The notes under the pieces were generated by a model, which was not told where the DNA came from, searched no databases, and saw nothing but the letters and a program-made list of their open reading frames with translations. Positions 12,697 to 22,043 of a DNA stretch of 32,000 bases are shown one piece after another. Position 1 is the stretch's first letter; each line of letters starts with the position of its first letter. Origin of the DNA: Akkermansia muciniphila ATCC BAA-835. GTDB taxonomy: Bacteria > Verrucomicrobiota > Verrucomicrobiia > Verrucomicrobiales > Akkermansiaceae. A program made the position numbers and the translations under genes. The DNA lies in NCBI RefSeq assembly GCF_000020225.1, contig NC_010655.1:210001-242000 (forward strand), read 5' to 3'.

Positions 12697-15435
12697 TTGT
12701 CTATGGATTGCGACATGGCGCCCCATCTTTTGCTTAGACCATTTCGGTTATTTATGATAAACTCCGGCCCACGGATGGGTTTAAACGACAAATCAAGGAA
12801 ACGAAATGCCGCCTCCTGGAGGGAACGCATCCAAGATGGAGAAATGTCTTCCCGTTCCCAGACGGAACGCAAAAAAAGGCCCCTTCCCCGTCCATCCTAT
12901 CCCGGGTTGCCGCAGGAAGCTCCTGATCCGGCTGTCATTCCCGGCCCTACCCGCAGAACGGGGAATTCCCGCAACGGTCCTTCCCGGTATGACACGCCGC
13001 CCCAGCGACGGACCTCCCGCCCGTCTCCGAAGGAAGAGTACGAAGGCAATCCGGAAAGAGAAGAAGAAAACCGCCCCGCACGCGCAGGAACCATGCGCAG
13101 GCCGCGTTTCACGATTTTCGGAGCCCTGCTGTTTGTCCTGCTGATGCCGTTCCGCTTCATCGGCTCCCTGACGCGGAATATCCGCTGGTTCATTTGCTGG
13201 CCCCTGCGCATCCTTCTGGGATGCTGCTTCGTCGGCATTGTGATCGGGGCCATCCTGGTGTTTCTTTACGGCACCATTTCCAACCGCTATGACATTTCCG
13301 AGGTAAAGAGCAACATCCCGGAACGCACGGTGATTCTGGACCGTAAAAACCGGACCATCGGAACCCTGCACGGGGAAAACCGCAAGCGGGTATCCCTTCA
13401 GGAAGTTCCTCCCGTTTTTATTGATGCCCTGCTCCTGCGCGAAGACAACCGCTTTTACGACCATGGCGGCGTGGACTGGATAGGCGTGGGCCGCGCCTTT
13501 GCGCAGGTGCTCAAGCACAAGAGAGCTACGCAGGGGGCTTCCACCCTGACGATGCAGCTTGCTAAAATTACATATAACCACCGGGAGCGCAACCTCCATT
13601 CCAAACTGACGGAAGTGGCCCTGGCGAAACGCATTGAAGCCACTTATACGAAGGACGAAATTCTGGAGACTTACATCAACCGTATTTTCTGGGGGCACAC
13701 CTTCCTGGGGATAGCGGCGGCGGCGCGGGGATATTACGACAAGGAACCCCGGGATTTATCCCTGGCGGAATGCGCCACCCTGGCCGGCATTATTTACGGC
13801 CCAAATGATTTTTCCCCCATCAAACATCCGGAGGAAGCAAAAAAAGTGCGCGATATTGTCCTTGGCCTGCTGAAAAACGAAGGCAAGATTACAGAAGTGC
13901 AGTATCAGGCGGCCCTGGCGGAGCCTATCGTCACCCGGACGCCCCAGTCCCGGTCTGAGGAAAATTACGCCATGGGTCTCGTGCGCCGGGAGCTGGACGC
14001 CATTCTGGAGGAAGAAGACATCCGCCTGGGAGGGCTGGTGGTGCATACCACATTGGACCTTGATCTGCAGAACGCCACGCTGGACGCCATCAATAAGCAC
14101 ATGGACGCGCTGGAAGCCCGCAAGGATTTCAAGAAGCACCTGGCTTCCCTGCAGGCCAAGAGGGAGAAGAGGGGAATTCTGAAAAACAAGCTGACCACCA
14201 AGGCGGAATATGAGGCCTCCCTGGCCGCCTGGAAGGCGCTCCCTGCGGAACAGAAGGAAAAGACGCAGCCGCCGATGCCCAATTACATCCAATCCGCCGC
14301 CGTAGTCATGGACAATGCCACGGGGGCTCTTCTGGCCGTCGTCGGCGGCCGGGACGCGGAAGAATCCAAGCTGAACCGCGCCATTCAGTCCAGGCGGCAG
14401 ACCGGCTCCCTGTTCAAACCTTTCATTTACGCCACGTTTTTCCAGCAGGGCAATTCTGCGGATACCCGCATTTCGGATGACAGGATTGCCTACGGGGAAA
14501 TACGCGGAGCCGCCAACTGGTCCCCCCGCAATTCGGACGGAACGTACCGAGGCATGAAGCCGGCCTCCTTCGGCCTCATCCTTTCCCGCAACACCATGTC
14601 CGTGCGCATCGGCAACCGCGCCGGTTTGTCCAATGTCATTCAATCCGCACAACTGGCGGGCTTCCACGGAAATATTTCCCGCACCCCGGCCCTTTATCTG
14701 GGCACGTGGGAGGCGTCCCCTCTGGACATTGCCAGCGCCTACAGCGTTTTTGCCAACGGGGGCGTACGCCCCACACCGTACATCATTGACCATATTACGG
14801 ATTCCCAGGGCCAGCCGCGCTTCGCCATCACCAAGAGCAAGCGCACCGTCTATTCCCAGCGGGCGGCGAACATTACCTCTTCCATCCTCCAGCAGGTCTG
14901 CAAGCCCGGAGGCACGGCAGGCAAAATTACCACGCTGGGCTTTAAATCCCCCTGCGGCGGCAAAACTGGAACCACGAATAATTATACGAACGCATGGTTC
15001 GCCGGATATACGTCCAACCTCACCTGCAGTGTCTGGGTGGGGTTTGATTCCTCCACCAAAATTCTGGAAAAAGGCTACGGAGGCACCCTGGCCCTGCCCG
15101 TCTGGGTGGACATTATGCTTGCCGCCCAGAAGGAAGGCTATCCCGCCAACGCCATCCGTACGCGTCCCGGTTCGGAAGGGCAGGCCGTACTCGTCTGCCG
15201 GGAATCCAATCAACTGGCCCATTCCGGCTGCCAGTACGCCAAGACTGCGTATTTTGAAACCTCCGCAGGCTACCAGGCCCCCGCCAACATGTGTGAACAG
15301 CACATTCCCATGGCGGAACCGGATTCGGAAGAGAGCATTCCCTATGCGGAACCGCTGGACGGCAGCGACGATAACATCCCCCTGGCCGAACCCGTGGAAG
15401 AAACGGACGGCATCCCCTACGCCACCCCCATCTGA
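12697..15435 (+). CDS. PBP1A-family bifunctional penicillin-binding protein (glycosyltransferase GT51 plus transpeptidase)
   Basis: GT51 motifs are EDNRFYDHGGVD and GASTLTMQLAK. Transpeptidase motifs are SLFKPF (SxxK), SRN (SxN) and KTGTT. The start is uncertain: 12697 is only 34 bp from the divergent gene, and alternative ATGs lie at 12775, 12844 and 13093. Confidence 0.9.
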   Translation: MSMDCDMAPHLLLRPFRLFMINSGPRMGLNDKSRKRNAASWRERIQDGEMSSRSQTERKKRPLPRPSYPGLPQEAPDPAVIPGPTRRTGNSRNGPSRYDTPPQRRTSRPSPKEEYEGNPEREEENRPARAGTMRRPRFTIFGALLFVLLMPFRFIGSLTRNIRWFICWPLRILLGCCFVGIVIGAILVFLYGTISNRYDISEVKSNIPERTVILDRKNRTIGTLHGENRKRVSLQEVPPVFIDALLLREDNRFYDHGGVDWIGVGRAFAQVLKHKRATQGASTLTMQLAKITYNHRERNLHSKLTEVALAKRIEATYTKDEILETYINRIFWGHTFLGIAAAARGYYDKEPRDLSLAECATLAGIIYGPNDFSPIKHPEEAKKVRDIVLGLLKNEGKITEVQYQAALAEPIVTRTPQSRSEENYAMGLVRRELDAILEEEDIRLGGLVVHTTLDLDLQNATLDAINKHMDALEARKDFKKHLASLQAKREKRGILKNKLTTKAEYEASLAAWKALPAEQKEKTQPPMPNYIQSAAVVMDNATGALLAVVGGRDAEESKLNRAIQSRRQTGSLFKPFIYATFFQQGNSADTRISDDRIAYGEIRGAANWSPRNSDGTYRGMKPASFGLILSRNTMSVRIGNRAGLSNVIQSAQLAGFHGNISRTPALYLGTWEASPLDIASAYSVFANGGVRPTPYIIDHITDSQGQPRFAITKSKRTVYSQRAANITSSILQQVCKPGGTAGKITTLGFKSPCGGKTGTTNNYTNAWFAGYTSNLTCSVWVGFDSSTKILEKGYGGTLALPVWVDIMLAAQKEGYPANAIRTRPGSEGQAVLVCRESNQLAHSGCQYAKTAYFETSAGYQAPANMCEQHIPMAEPDSEESIPYAEPLDGSDDNIPLAEPVEETDGIPYATPI

Positions 15436-15452
15436 TTGCTTATTTTTTCCTT

Positions 15453-16706
15453 ATGATTTCCCCATTTTTTCCCTGGTTCCTGGCCTTTTTGCTGCTGATC
15501 GCCTGCGTGGCGCTGCTGGTTCTGCTGCTGCGGTACCGGGACCGCTCCGTCCGCCTCGAAGCGGAATCCCGCTCCTGGCAGGAACGGGCGGAGGACAGAA
15601 CCCAGATGCTCCGCCGGGCGGAAGAGGTGCTGAAAGATTCCTTCGCCGGCATCAGCGCGGAAGTTCTCCGGAACTCGGAGAAACAGTTTCTGAACCTGGC
15701 GGAAACGCGGCTGCAAAGCCAGCGCCAGCAGGCCAACCATGACCTGGATTCCCGCAAACAGGCCATCGAGTCCATGCTGAAGCCGGTGAGCGAATCCCTG
15801 AAACTGGTCCAGTCCCGGCTGGGAGAGATGGAAAAGGAACGCGTGGGCGCCTATACGGACCTGAAAACGCAAATCCGCTATATCCTTTCCGGCAATGAAG
15901 CCCTGAAAAATGAAACCGCCAGGCTTTCCCAGGCTCTGCACCACAACAGCGTTCGCGGCCAATGGGGAGAGCTCCAACTGCGCCGCGTGGTGGAACTGGC
16001 GGGAATGGTGGAGTACTGCGATTTCACGACTCAGGAAACCCGTTCCAGGGAGGAGGAACGGGTGCGGCCGGACATGGTCATTCACCTTCCTGGAGGCCGT
16101 TCCATCATCATTGACGCGAAAGCGCCCATGGCATCCTACCTGAATGCCGGGCAGACGGAGAATCCGGAAGAGCGCAGCCAGTGGATGGCCCGCCATGCCG
16201 CGGACGTCAAGAGGCATTTGCAGCAATTAAGCGCCAAGAATTACTTTGCCCAGTTTTCCCAATGCCCCGAATTCGTCATTATGTTCCTGCCCGGGGAATC
16301 CTTTTTCCAGGCGGCTCTGGAAGCAGACCCCTCCCTGATTGAATTCGGCGCGGAGAATAAAGTCATTCTTTCCACCCCATCCACCCTGATTGCCCTGCTG
16401 AAAGCCGTCGCTTACGGATGGAAGCAGGAGCAGCTGGCGGATAATGCCAAGAAAATTTCGGAAGCGGGAGCGGACCTGTACAATACCTGCTCTATCCTTT
16501 CCGGTCATTTTTCCTCTCTGGGCAAGAGCCTGAACCAGGCGGTAGCCCAGTACAACAAAACCGTTTCCTCTTTTGAACACCGGTTCATCCCCCGGGCCCA
16601 GAAGTTGAAAAATCTGGGCGTCACCTCCACGAAGGAACTTCCCCGCTCCCTGGAAGACATTACCGAACAGGCCAAATCTGCGGATGTTCCGGATACTACG
16701 TCCTGA
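15453..16706 (+). CDS. rmuC: DNA recombination protein RmuC
   Basis: An N-terminal TM helix is followed by a long coiled-coil-like region and then the RmuC core (GQWGELQLRRVVELAGM..YCDF...RPDMVIHLPGGRSIIIDAKAP). Confidence 0.85.
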   Translation: MISPFFPWFLAFLLLIACVALLVLLLRYRDRSVRLEAESRSWQERAEDRTQMLRRAEEVLKDSFAGISAEVLRNSEKQFLNLAETRLQSQRQQANHDLDSRKQAIESMLKPVSESLKLVQSRLGEMEKERVGAYTDLKTQIRYILSGNEALKNETARLSQALHHNSVRGQWGELQLRRVVELAGMVEYCDFTTQETRSREEERVRPDMVIHLPGGRSIIIDAKAPMASYLNAGQTENPEERSQWMARHAADVKRHLQQLSAKNYFAQFSQCPEFVIMFLPGESFFQAALEADPSLIEFGAENKVILSTPSTLIALLKAVAYGWKQEQLADNAKKISEAGADLYNTCSILSGHFSSLGKSLNQAVAQYNKTVSSFEHRFIPRAQKLKNLGVTSTKELPRSLEDITEQAKSADVPDTTS

Positions 16707-16863
16707 AAGAGCGGCAACAATACGTCTTTTTCCCTTCCTGCCCATTTCCGAGCCGGGAAAATACAGCTCTAAGGCATCCCCCGCAAACGCTTTCCTGCGC
16801 TTGAAAGCATCTTGGAGATGTAGAGGAATTCAGCCTCCGGCGGCCCTGCACTTCCCGGAATTT

Positions 16864-17565
16864 TCAACAATTCCTATGCGCGGCAACGGGAAACGGCAGG
16901 CTGCTTTCATCATGCAGCCGGGCAGATAATTCCCCCGCGGCGGCGCACACCGGCACCCGGAAGGCATCCAGAGCGGAACGGGAACTGTAGCCCCACCCCA
17001 CCAGAATAAGCCGTGTTCCGGCGTTCACGGCCGTGTTGCCGTCATGGGCGGAGTCCCCCACCATGCACACCTGCGCCGGCTCCCTGCCCCAGGAACGGAC
17101 GATGGACAGCAGGGAGTCAGGTTCCGGCTTGCGCGGAAAGCGTTCGGAAAAACCCATCACCTCCCGGAAGGGAATTTCAGGCAGGATATGGCGCACCAGC
17201 GGCACCGTAACCGCATGGGGCTTGTTGGATAAAACGCCCAGAGGATGGCCTTCTCCGGCCAGGGACAACAGCATTTCCCGGATGCCGGGGTACGGAACCG
17301 TGCCCTCCTGCCAGGTGTGCGGGTATTCACGCATGAATCCCCGGTGCACCGCTTCAAAAGCTTCCTCCGGCACGTTTCCGTTGAAATAGCCTTTCAGGGA
17401 AGCCAGGCAAAGCTCCCGGGCCCCCTTGCCCACCATTTCCCGGATGGCGTCCACGGAATGCTCCGGATACCCCAGCGCTTTCAAGGCCAGATTCAGGCCG
17501 CGGGCGATACCGGGAATAGAGTCCACCAGCGTCCCGTCCAGGTCAAAGACAAAACCCGTTTTCAT
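16864..17565 (-). CDS. HAD-superfamily hydrolase, phosphoglycolate-phosphatase-like
   Basis: HAD motifs are present: FVFDLDGTLVDS (motif I), GVLSNKP (motif II) and MVGDSAHDGNTAVNAG (motifs III/IV). Confidence 0.8.
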   Translation of the reverse strand: MKTGFVFDLDGTLVDSIPGIARGLNLALKALGYPEHSVDAIREMVGKGARELCLASLKGYFNGNVPEEAFEAVHRGFMREYPHTWQEGTVPYPGIREMLLSLAGEGHPLGVLSNKPHAVTVPLVRHILPEIPFREVMGFSERFPRKPEPDSLLSIVRSWGREPAQVCMVGDSAHDGNTAVNAGTRLILVGWGYSSRSALDAFRVPVCAAAGELSARLHDESSLPFPVAAHRNC

Positions 17566-17569
17566 GGAT

Positions 17570-18349
17570 TCAATGGCAGAACCCCCGTTCGGAAGTTTCC
17601 ACGAATTGGATGATTCTCCTCAGGCAGGCATTTTCCGCATACCCCGAATGCCGCAGTTCCTCCAGAGCTTCATGAACGGTCAGCTTTTTATTGACGAAAA
17701 GCTTTTTATAGCACATGCGCACGGCTTTCAGGTCTTCTTCGGAAAAGCCGCGCCTCTGCATGCCGATGGAGTTAACGGAACGCGTTACGGCCGGGTGGCC
17801 CTCCACGATCGTGTACGGCAGGACATCCTGGCTCACGCGGGCCATTGCTCCCACCATGGCATGTTCCCCGATGCTCACAAACTGGTGTACGGCGCAACAT
17901 CCCGCCAGGATGGCGTAATCCCCCACCGTAACATGGCCGGCGGCGGTAGCGAACCCGGAGAAAATCACATGATTGCCGATCTGGCAATCGTGCCCGGCAT
18001 GGCAGGAAACCAGGAAAAGGTTGTTATTCCCTATCCGCGTTGCGCCGCCAATGTCCGTAGCCCGGTTGATGGTGGCGTTTTCACGGAAGACGTTGTTATC
18101 CCCCACTTCCAGATAAGTCGGCTCTCCCTTGTATTTCAAATCCTGGCTTTTCAGGCCGATGACGGAAAACGGGAAAAATTCGTTGCCGCTGCCGAAGGAA
18201 GAAGGACCGTCTATAACCACATGGCTGTGCAGCACGCAGCCGGGCCCCAGTTTGACATGTTCCCCGACAACGCAAAAGGGACCGATTTTAACATCATCCG
18301 CGATCTCTGCAGCAGGATGCACTACTGCCGTTGGGTGTATTTCTGGCAT
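17570..18349 (-). CDS. lpxA: Acyl-ACP--UDP-N-acetylglucosamine O-acyltransferase
   Basis: 259 aa with left-handed beta-helix hexapeptide repeats (IHPTAVVHPAAEIADDVKIGPFCVVGEHVKLG...). The C-terminal helical domain (GMQRRGFSEEDLKAVRMCYKKLF) is typical of LpxA. Confidence 0.9.
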   Translation of the reverse strand: MPEIHPTAVVHPAAEIADDVKIGPFCVVGEHVKLGPGCVLHSHVVIDGPSSFGSGNEFFPFSVIGLKSQDLKYKGEPTYLEVGDNNVFRENATINRATDIGGATRIGNNNLFLVSCHAGHDCQIGNHVIFSGFATAAGHVTVGDYAILAGCCAVHQFVSIGEHAMVGAMARVSQDVLPYTIVEGHPAVTRSVNSIGMQRRGFSEEDLKAVRMCYKKLFVNKKLTVHEALEELRHSGYAENACLRRIIQFVETSERGFCH

Positions 18350-18415
18350 GGCTGAAACAAGTATGAAACAAATTCAGGTGATTAAAAGCCTAAACCCCAC
18401 AGGGCCGTCTTTTTA

Positions 18416-19282
18416 TCACATTTGGCCGGAAGCGGCCGCATAAGCCTCCATCTCAGGCAGCCAGGGAATCAGCAGAACGTAGATGAGTTGAAGGCACAGA
18501 ATGATCAGCACCAACGTCATCACCACTTTACGGAGCGTGAGGGAGCCGTTCAGCACATCCGTAGTCCCCAGCTTCCTGTCCCAGGGAGTAAAACCGAAAC
18601 GGCGCACCCACCACCAGGAAAAAAACAGGGCCAGCAGCATCAGGGAAGGAGCAAAACACCCCAGACCAAGCACCATGACGAACAGGGAGCGCCGGAATGC
18701 CATGGGGAAAGAAAGGCGTCTTCCCCGGTAGTCCCTGACGGAAACGCCCAGCATGGCTTTTCCCGGGGTTGTACCCAATGTTCCAAGAAATGCAGTTTCC
18801 ATGAGAACCATCGGGAGGCAGAGGTAAAGCAGAGCTTCATAGGAACCAGGAAGAAAACCGGGATTGAAAGCAGCGCCGGATACCCTAAGCACAGCCAGGT
18901 ACAGCGTCATGTGCATCATTACATCAGCCATTCTGCCAAGAAAACGGACGTACGCATACGGAACCACCAGCGGCACTCCCTCCTCCGCGTCCTCCCCTCC
19001 TTCTTCCGGTAGGCAATCCGCATCTGCGGAAAGCGCCGGGACATCTTCTCCCCCTGCGTTTTCCAGCCTCTCTTCCCTCCCGTTCCGCCGTTCCCCTTCT
19101 TCTCTGCTGACGGCACCTGCTCCTTTCAATGCCGGAAGGTCACGGATGCATACCCACTCCGGGCATCCGGCATGCCACGCCCGGGCGTTTTCCGGAATGA
19201 GGCCCGCCTCCAGCATGGAAATGACCTCCACTTCCGGCAGAGGCCCCTTCCGTTCATGATCCTGAATCCAGTAAATATCCAT
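18416..19282 (-). CDS. GYF_2 (DUF4339) domain fused to an RDD-family membrane domain
   Basis: The N-terminus (YWIQDHERKGPLPEVEVISMLEAGLIPENARAWHAGCPEWVCIRDLPAL) matches the GYF_2 pattern. An acidic linker follows, then 3-4 TM helices with an RDD-like layout. Confidence 0.6.
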   Translation of the reverse strand: MDIYWIQDHERKGPLPEVEVISMLEAGLIPENARAWHAGCPEWVCIRDLPALKGAGAVSREEGERRNGREERLENAGGEDVPALSADADCLPEEGGEDAEEGVPLVVPYAYVRFLGRMADVMMHMTLYLAVLRVSGAAFNPGFLPGSYEALLYLCLPMVLMETAFLGTLGTTPGKAMLGVSVRDYRGRRLSFPMAFRRSLFVMVLGLGCFAPSLMLLALFFSWWWVRRFGFTPWDRKLGTTDVLNGSLTLRKVVMTLVLIILCLQLIYVLLIPWLPEMEAYAAASGQM

Positions 19283-19294
19283 AGGCGATTCCTG

Positions 19295-20920
19295 TTACAT
19301 ACTGCGCAGGGAGCGGGCCGGATCCTGGCGCGCCGTGATCAGGGCAGGAATGATGGATGCCACCACGACCATGACAAAAGCTTTCACCGCCTGCCATGCC
19401 AGCTCCGCCCAGTCAATCACCACCGGGATATTCGCCGTGCCGTGGAAGGCCACAGGGAACGGGTCAAAGCCTATTCCCGCAAGAAAACCCTGAATCTGCA
19501 TGCGGTATTCCAGCACCAGAAGCCCCAGCCCTACACCCAGGAGAGCTCCCACAAAACCGATGATGACGCCCTGCCACAGAAAAACGCGCACCACCTGGAA
19601 CGGCGTGGCTCCCAAAGCCTTCATCACGGCGATTTCCTTTTTCCTCTGGATGGAAACGGTAAACATCACCGCCATGATGCAAAAAGCGGAAATCAGGGAG
19701 ATGAAGGACAGGACAAAGCTCATCATCATGCGCTCCTTCTGCATCAATTCAAACCACGCGTTAAAGCGGTCATGCCAGGTTTCCAGCGTCCATGCGGAAG
19801 AAGGCTTCTCCTTTTCCAGCGCCTGCATCACGGGGGCCAGCATCGTTTCCACATGGTAAGGGTCTTCCACGCGCAGGGCCACGGCCTGCACCACGTCATC
19901 CTCATAACCCAGCAATTCCTGACCGATGACCAGCGGAATGAAAAGATCCGGGCTGGGCGTATGCTGGGAGGCCCGGTAAATTCCGATCACCTCCAGGTCT
20001 TTCGGCATCACCAGCTCCTTGATTTTCCGGAAGCATTCCATATCCGCCTCATTTTTTGCCCCGGCCTTGAAACCATTCAAAACGGTTTCCCATTCCTTCC
20101 GCGTTCCTTGCGAAAAGGCCACCCTGCCGTTGTCCGCAATTTCCCCGTCGTTCAGCACGGCAAGCAGATCCATCAGGCTGGAACGTTCCGCATCCCTGCG
20201 CGGGACGGACAACAGCCCGTTAAGCAGGGAAAACGCCCTGTCCACGGAGGCTCTGCCGGCCATTTCACGCTCTCCCTCCGTCTTCAGGTTCTTTCCCCAC
20301 TCCTTCAAATCCTTGAGTTCCCGCGCGTTTTTTTCCGCCAGCATCGGCAGCTCCGTCTGCTGGTAGGCGTGGGAAATTTCCTGAAAATTGCGGGTCGTAT
20401 AAACCCGGACAACATCTCCCACATTCAATCCCATATTCTCCGCCACGATGGAGGAAACCACAGCCTTTTCCCCCATGTCCAGTTCCGCATCGCCAGCTAC
20501 CACCAAACGCTTCAAATCCTCCAGCTGGACGGCGTTTTCCGTATCAATGGCCCGGAAAAAGCAGGGCCTCTGCCGCCCCTGCACATCCACCAGCGCATAG
20601 TCTTCTATCAGGGCGTAGGTGGACTGGACGCCGGGAACGTGCCTGAGTTTCTCCCCCAAATCCATCCAGTCCGGAATCACTTCCCTCACGCCGAAGTCGT
20701 TCCGGTAGCATACCTGGACGTGCGGGGAGTGCGCAAACAGATTCCCCTGAATTTCCTTCTGGAGGCCTCCCATGACGGACAGCACGACAATGAGCACCAT
20801 TACCCCCAGAGATACGCCCAGCAGGCAAATCAGGGTAATAATGGAAAAGAAAGTCCGCAACGGGTTCAAATACCGCAGCGCCAGACTCAGGCTGATGTAC
20901 CGGCTCAATAGGTTCTTCAT
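19295..20920 (-). CDS. LolC/LolE-type (FtsX/MacB-like) ABC transporter permease with an enlarged periplasmic domain
   Basis: The N-terminus (LSLALRYLNPLRTFFSIITLICLLGVSLGVMVLIVVLSVMGGLQKEI) is typical of LolC/E. The C-terminal FtsX-like helices include KKEIAVMKALGAT. At 541 aa it is longer than the ~415 aa typical of the family. Confidence 0.8.
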   Translation of the reverse strand: MKNLLSRYISLSLALRYLNPLRTFFSIITLICLLGVSLGVMVLIVVLSVMGGLQKEIQGNLFAHSPHVQVCYRNDFGVREVIPDWMDLGEKLRHVPGVQSTYALIEDYALVDVQGRQRPCFFRAIDTENAVQLEDLKRLVVAGDAELDMGEKAVVSSIVAENMGLNVGDVVRVYTTRNFQEISHAYQQTELPMLAEKNARELKDLKEWGKNLKTEGEREMAGRASVDRAFSLLNGLLSVPRRDAERSSLMDLLAVLNDGEIADNGRVAFSQGTRKEWETVLNGFKAGAKNEADMECFRKIKELVMPKDLEVIGIYRASQHTPSPDLFIPLVIGQELLGYEDDVVQAVALRVEDPYHVETMLAPVMQALEKEKPSSAWTLETWHDRFNAWFELMQKERMMMSFVLSFISLISAFCIMAVMFTVSIQRKKEIAVMKALGATPFQVVRVFLWQGVIIGFVGALLGVGLGLLVLEYRMQIQGFLAGIGFDPFPVAFHGTANIPVVIDWAELAWQAVKAFVMVVVASIIPALITARQDPARSLRSM

Positions 20921-20994
20921 GAATAACGCGGCACACCTTGCCTGATCCCGCTCCCCTTTCCAAGCCTAAAACATGTTCCGGGGAAGGAGATCGT

Positions 20995-21924
20995 TTACCT
21001 GCCTCCGGCACCCAGCCATTCCAGGCACAGCCAGCGGGCCATGGAGGCGATCACCCGGTCACAAGCGGATTCAGAATCCTTTGAATCCCTGATGAACACG
21101 GAAACCGCCATTTTCCGGCCGTTGGGAAGAACAATGATGCCGACGTCATTGCGGGCGGTAACGCCACCCCCCGGCAGCGTGAATCCGGATCCCGTCTTAT
21201 GCGCCACCACGTAATCCCGCGGCAGCTGCCCTTTCAGACGTTCAGGACCTGTAGAACATCCCGCCATGATGTTCCAAAGAACACTCTGTGTGCCTTTTTT
21301 CAAAATTTTACCTTCGTCAAACGCCCGGAGAAGGGAGTTCATGGCCGACGGACGGCTTGAGTTGACATATTGCAAATCATGATTCCGGTGTATTTCTTCT
21401 TCCGTAAAACGGACATTAATGCCGTCAATTCCCCATTCCTTCAAATCCTTCTGCACGGCCTGCGGCCCTCCAATAAGGCCAAACAGGAGGTCGCAGGTAT
21501 TGTTGTCGCTTTCCTGGACAGTCACTCTCAGCAGTTCCTTCAGAGAGAAATCGCCGCCTTGCGGGAAACGCTCCCGGAGGGGGCTCCAGGTATCTTTCAC
21601 CAGTTGTTCCGGACGTATGCGGATGATCTGTTCCAGATTCATGGCGCCCTGGTCCACCCGCTTCAAGACGGACAAGGCCAGCACGAATTTGACGACGCTC
21701 TGCATGGGATAGGCCGCCTCATCCCCCACCATGACGGTTTCCCCCGTATCCAGCATTTCCGCAGCCATGCCCACACGGGCCTTCAGGGAATGGGCCAGTT
21801 CGCGTACGGCGGAGGAATCCGCTGCGGAAACGGCTGGCGGAGAAGACGTGGCCCCCTGAGAAAAAACGCAAAAGAACATGATGCAACCGCATAGATAAAC
21901 ACCGGTGGAAGTCATAGGCGCCAT
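20995..21924 (-). CDS. Class A beta-lactamase
   Basis: A signal peptide is followed by PMQSVVKF (S-x-x-K), ESDNNTCD (S-D-N) and HKTGSG (K-T-G), in canonical order and spacing. Confidence 0.85.
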   Translation of the reverse strand: MAPMTSTGVYLCGCIMFFCVFSQGATSSPPAVSAADSSAVRELAHSLKARVGMAAEMLDTGETVMVGDEAAYPMQSVVKFVLALSVLKRVDQGAMNLEQIIRIRPEQLVKDTWSPLRERFPQGGDFSLKELLRVTVQESDNNTCDLLFGLIGGPQAVQKDLKEWGIDGINVRFTEEEIHRNHDLQYVNSSRPSAMNSLLRAFDEGKILKKGTQSVLWNIMAGCSTGPERLKGQLPRDYVVAHKTGSGFTLPGGGVTARNDVGIIVLPNGRKMAVSVFIRDSKDSESACDRVIASMARWLCLEWLGAGGR

Positions 21925-22043
21925 TCCATATCACGCCCGCAGCAACCGCAATAATAATTTCTCCCCCTTTTTTCCTTTCTTCGTCATCCGCAAGCCGGGC
22001 AGAAACCTTGCCACCTGTCCGGCTTCCTGATAAAAAGGAAAGC

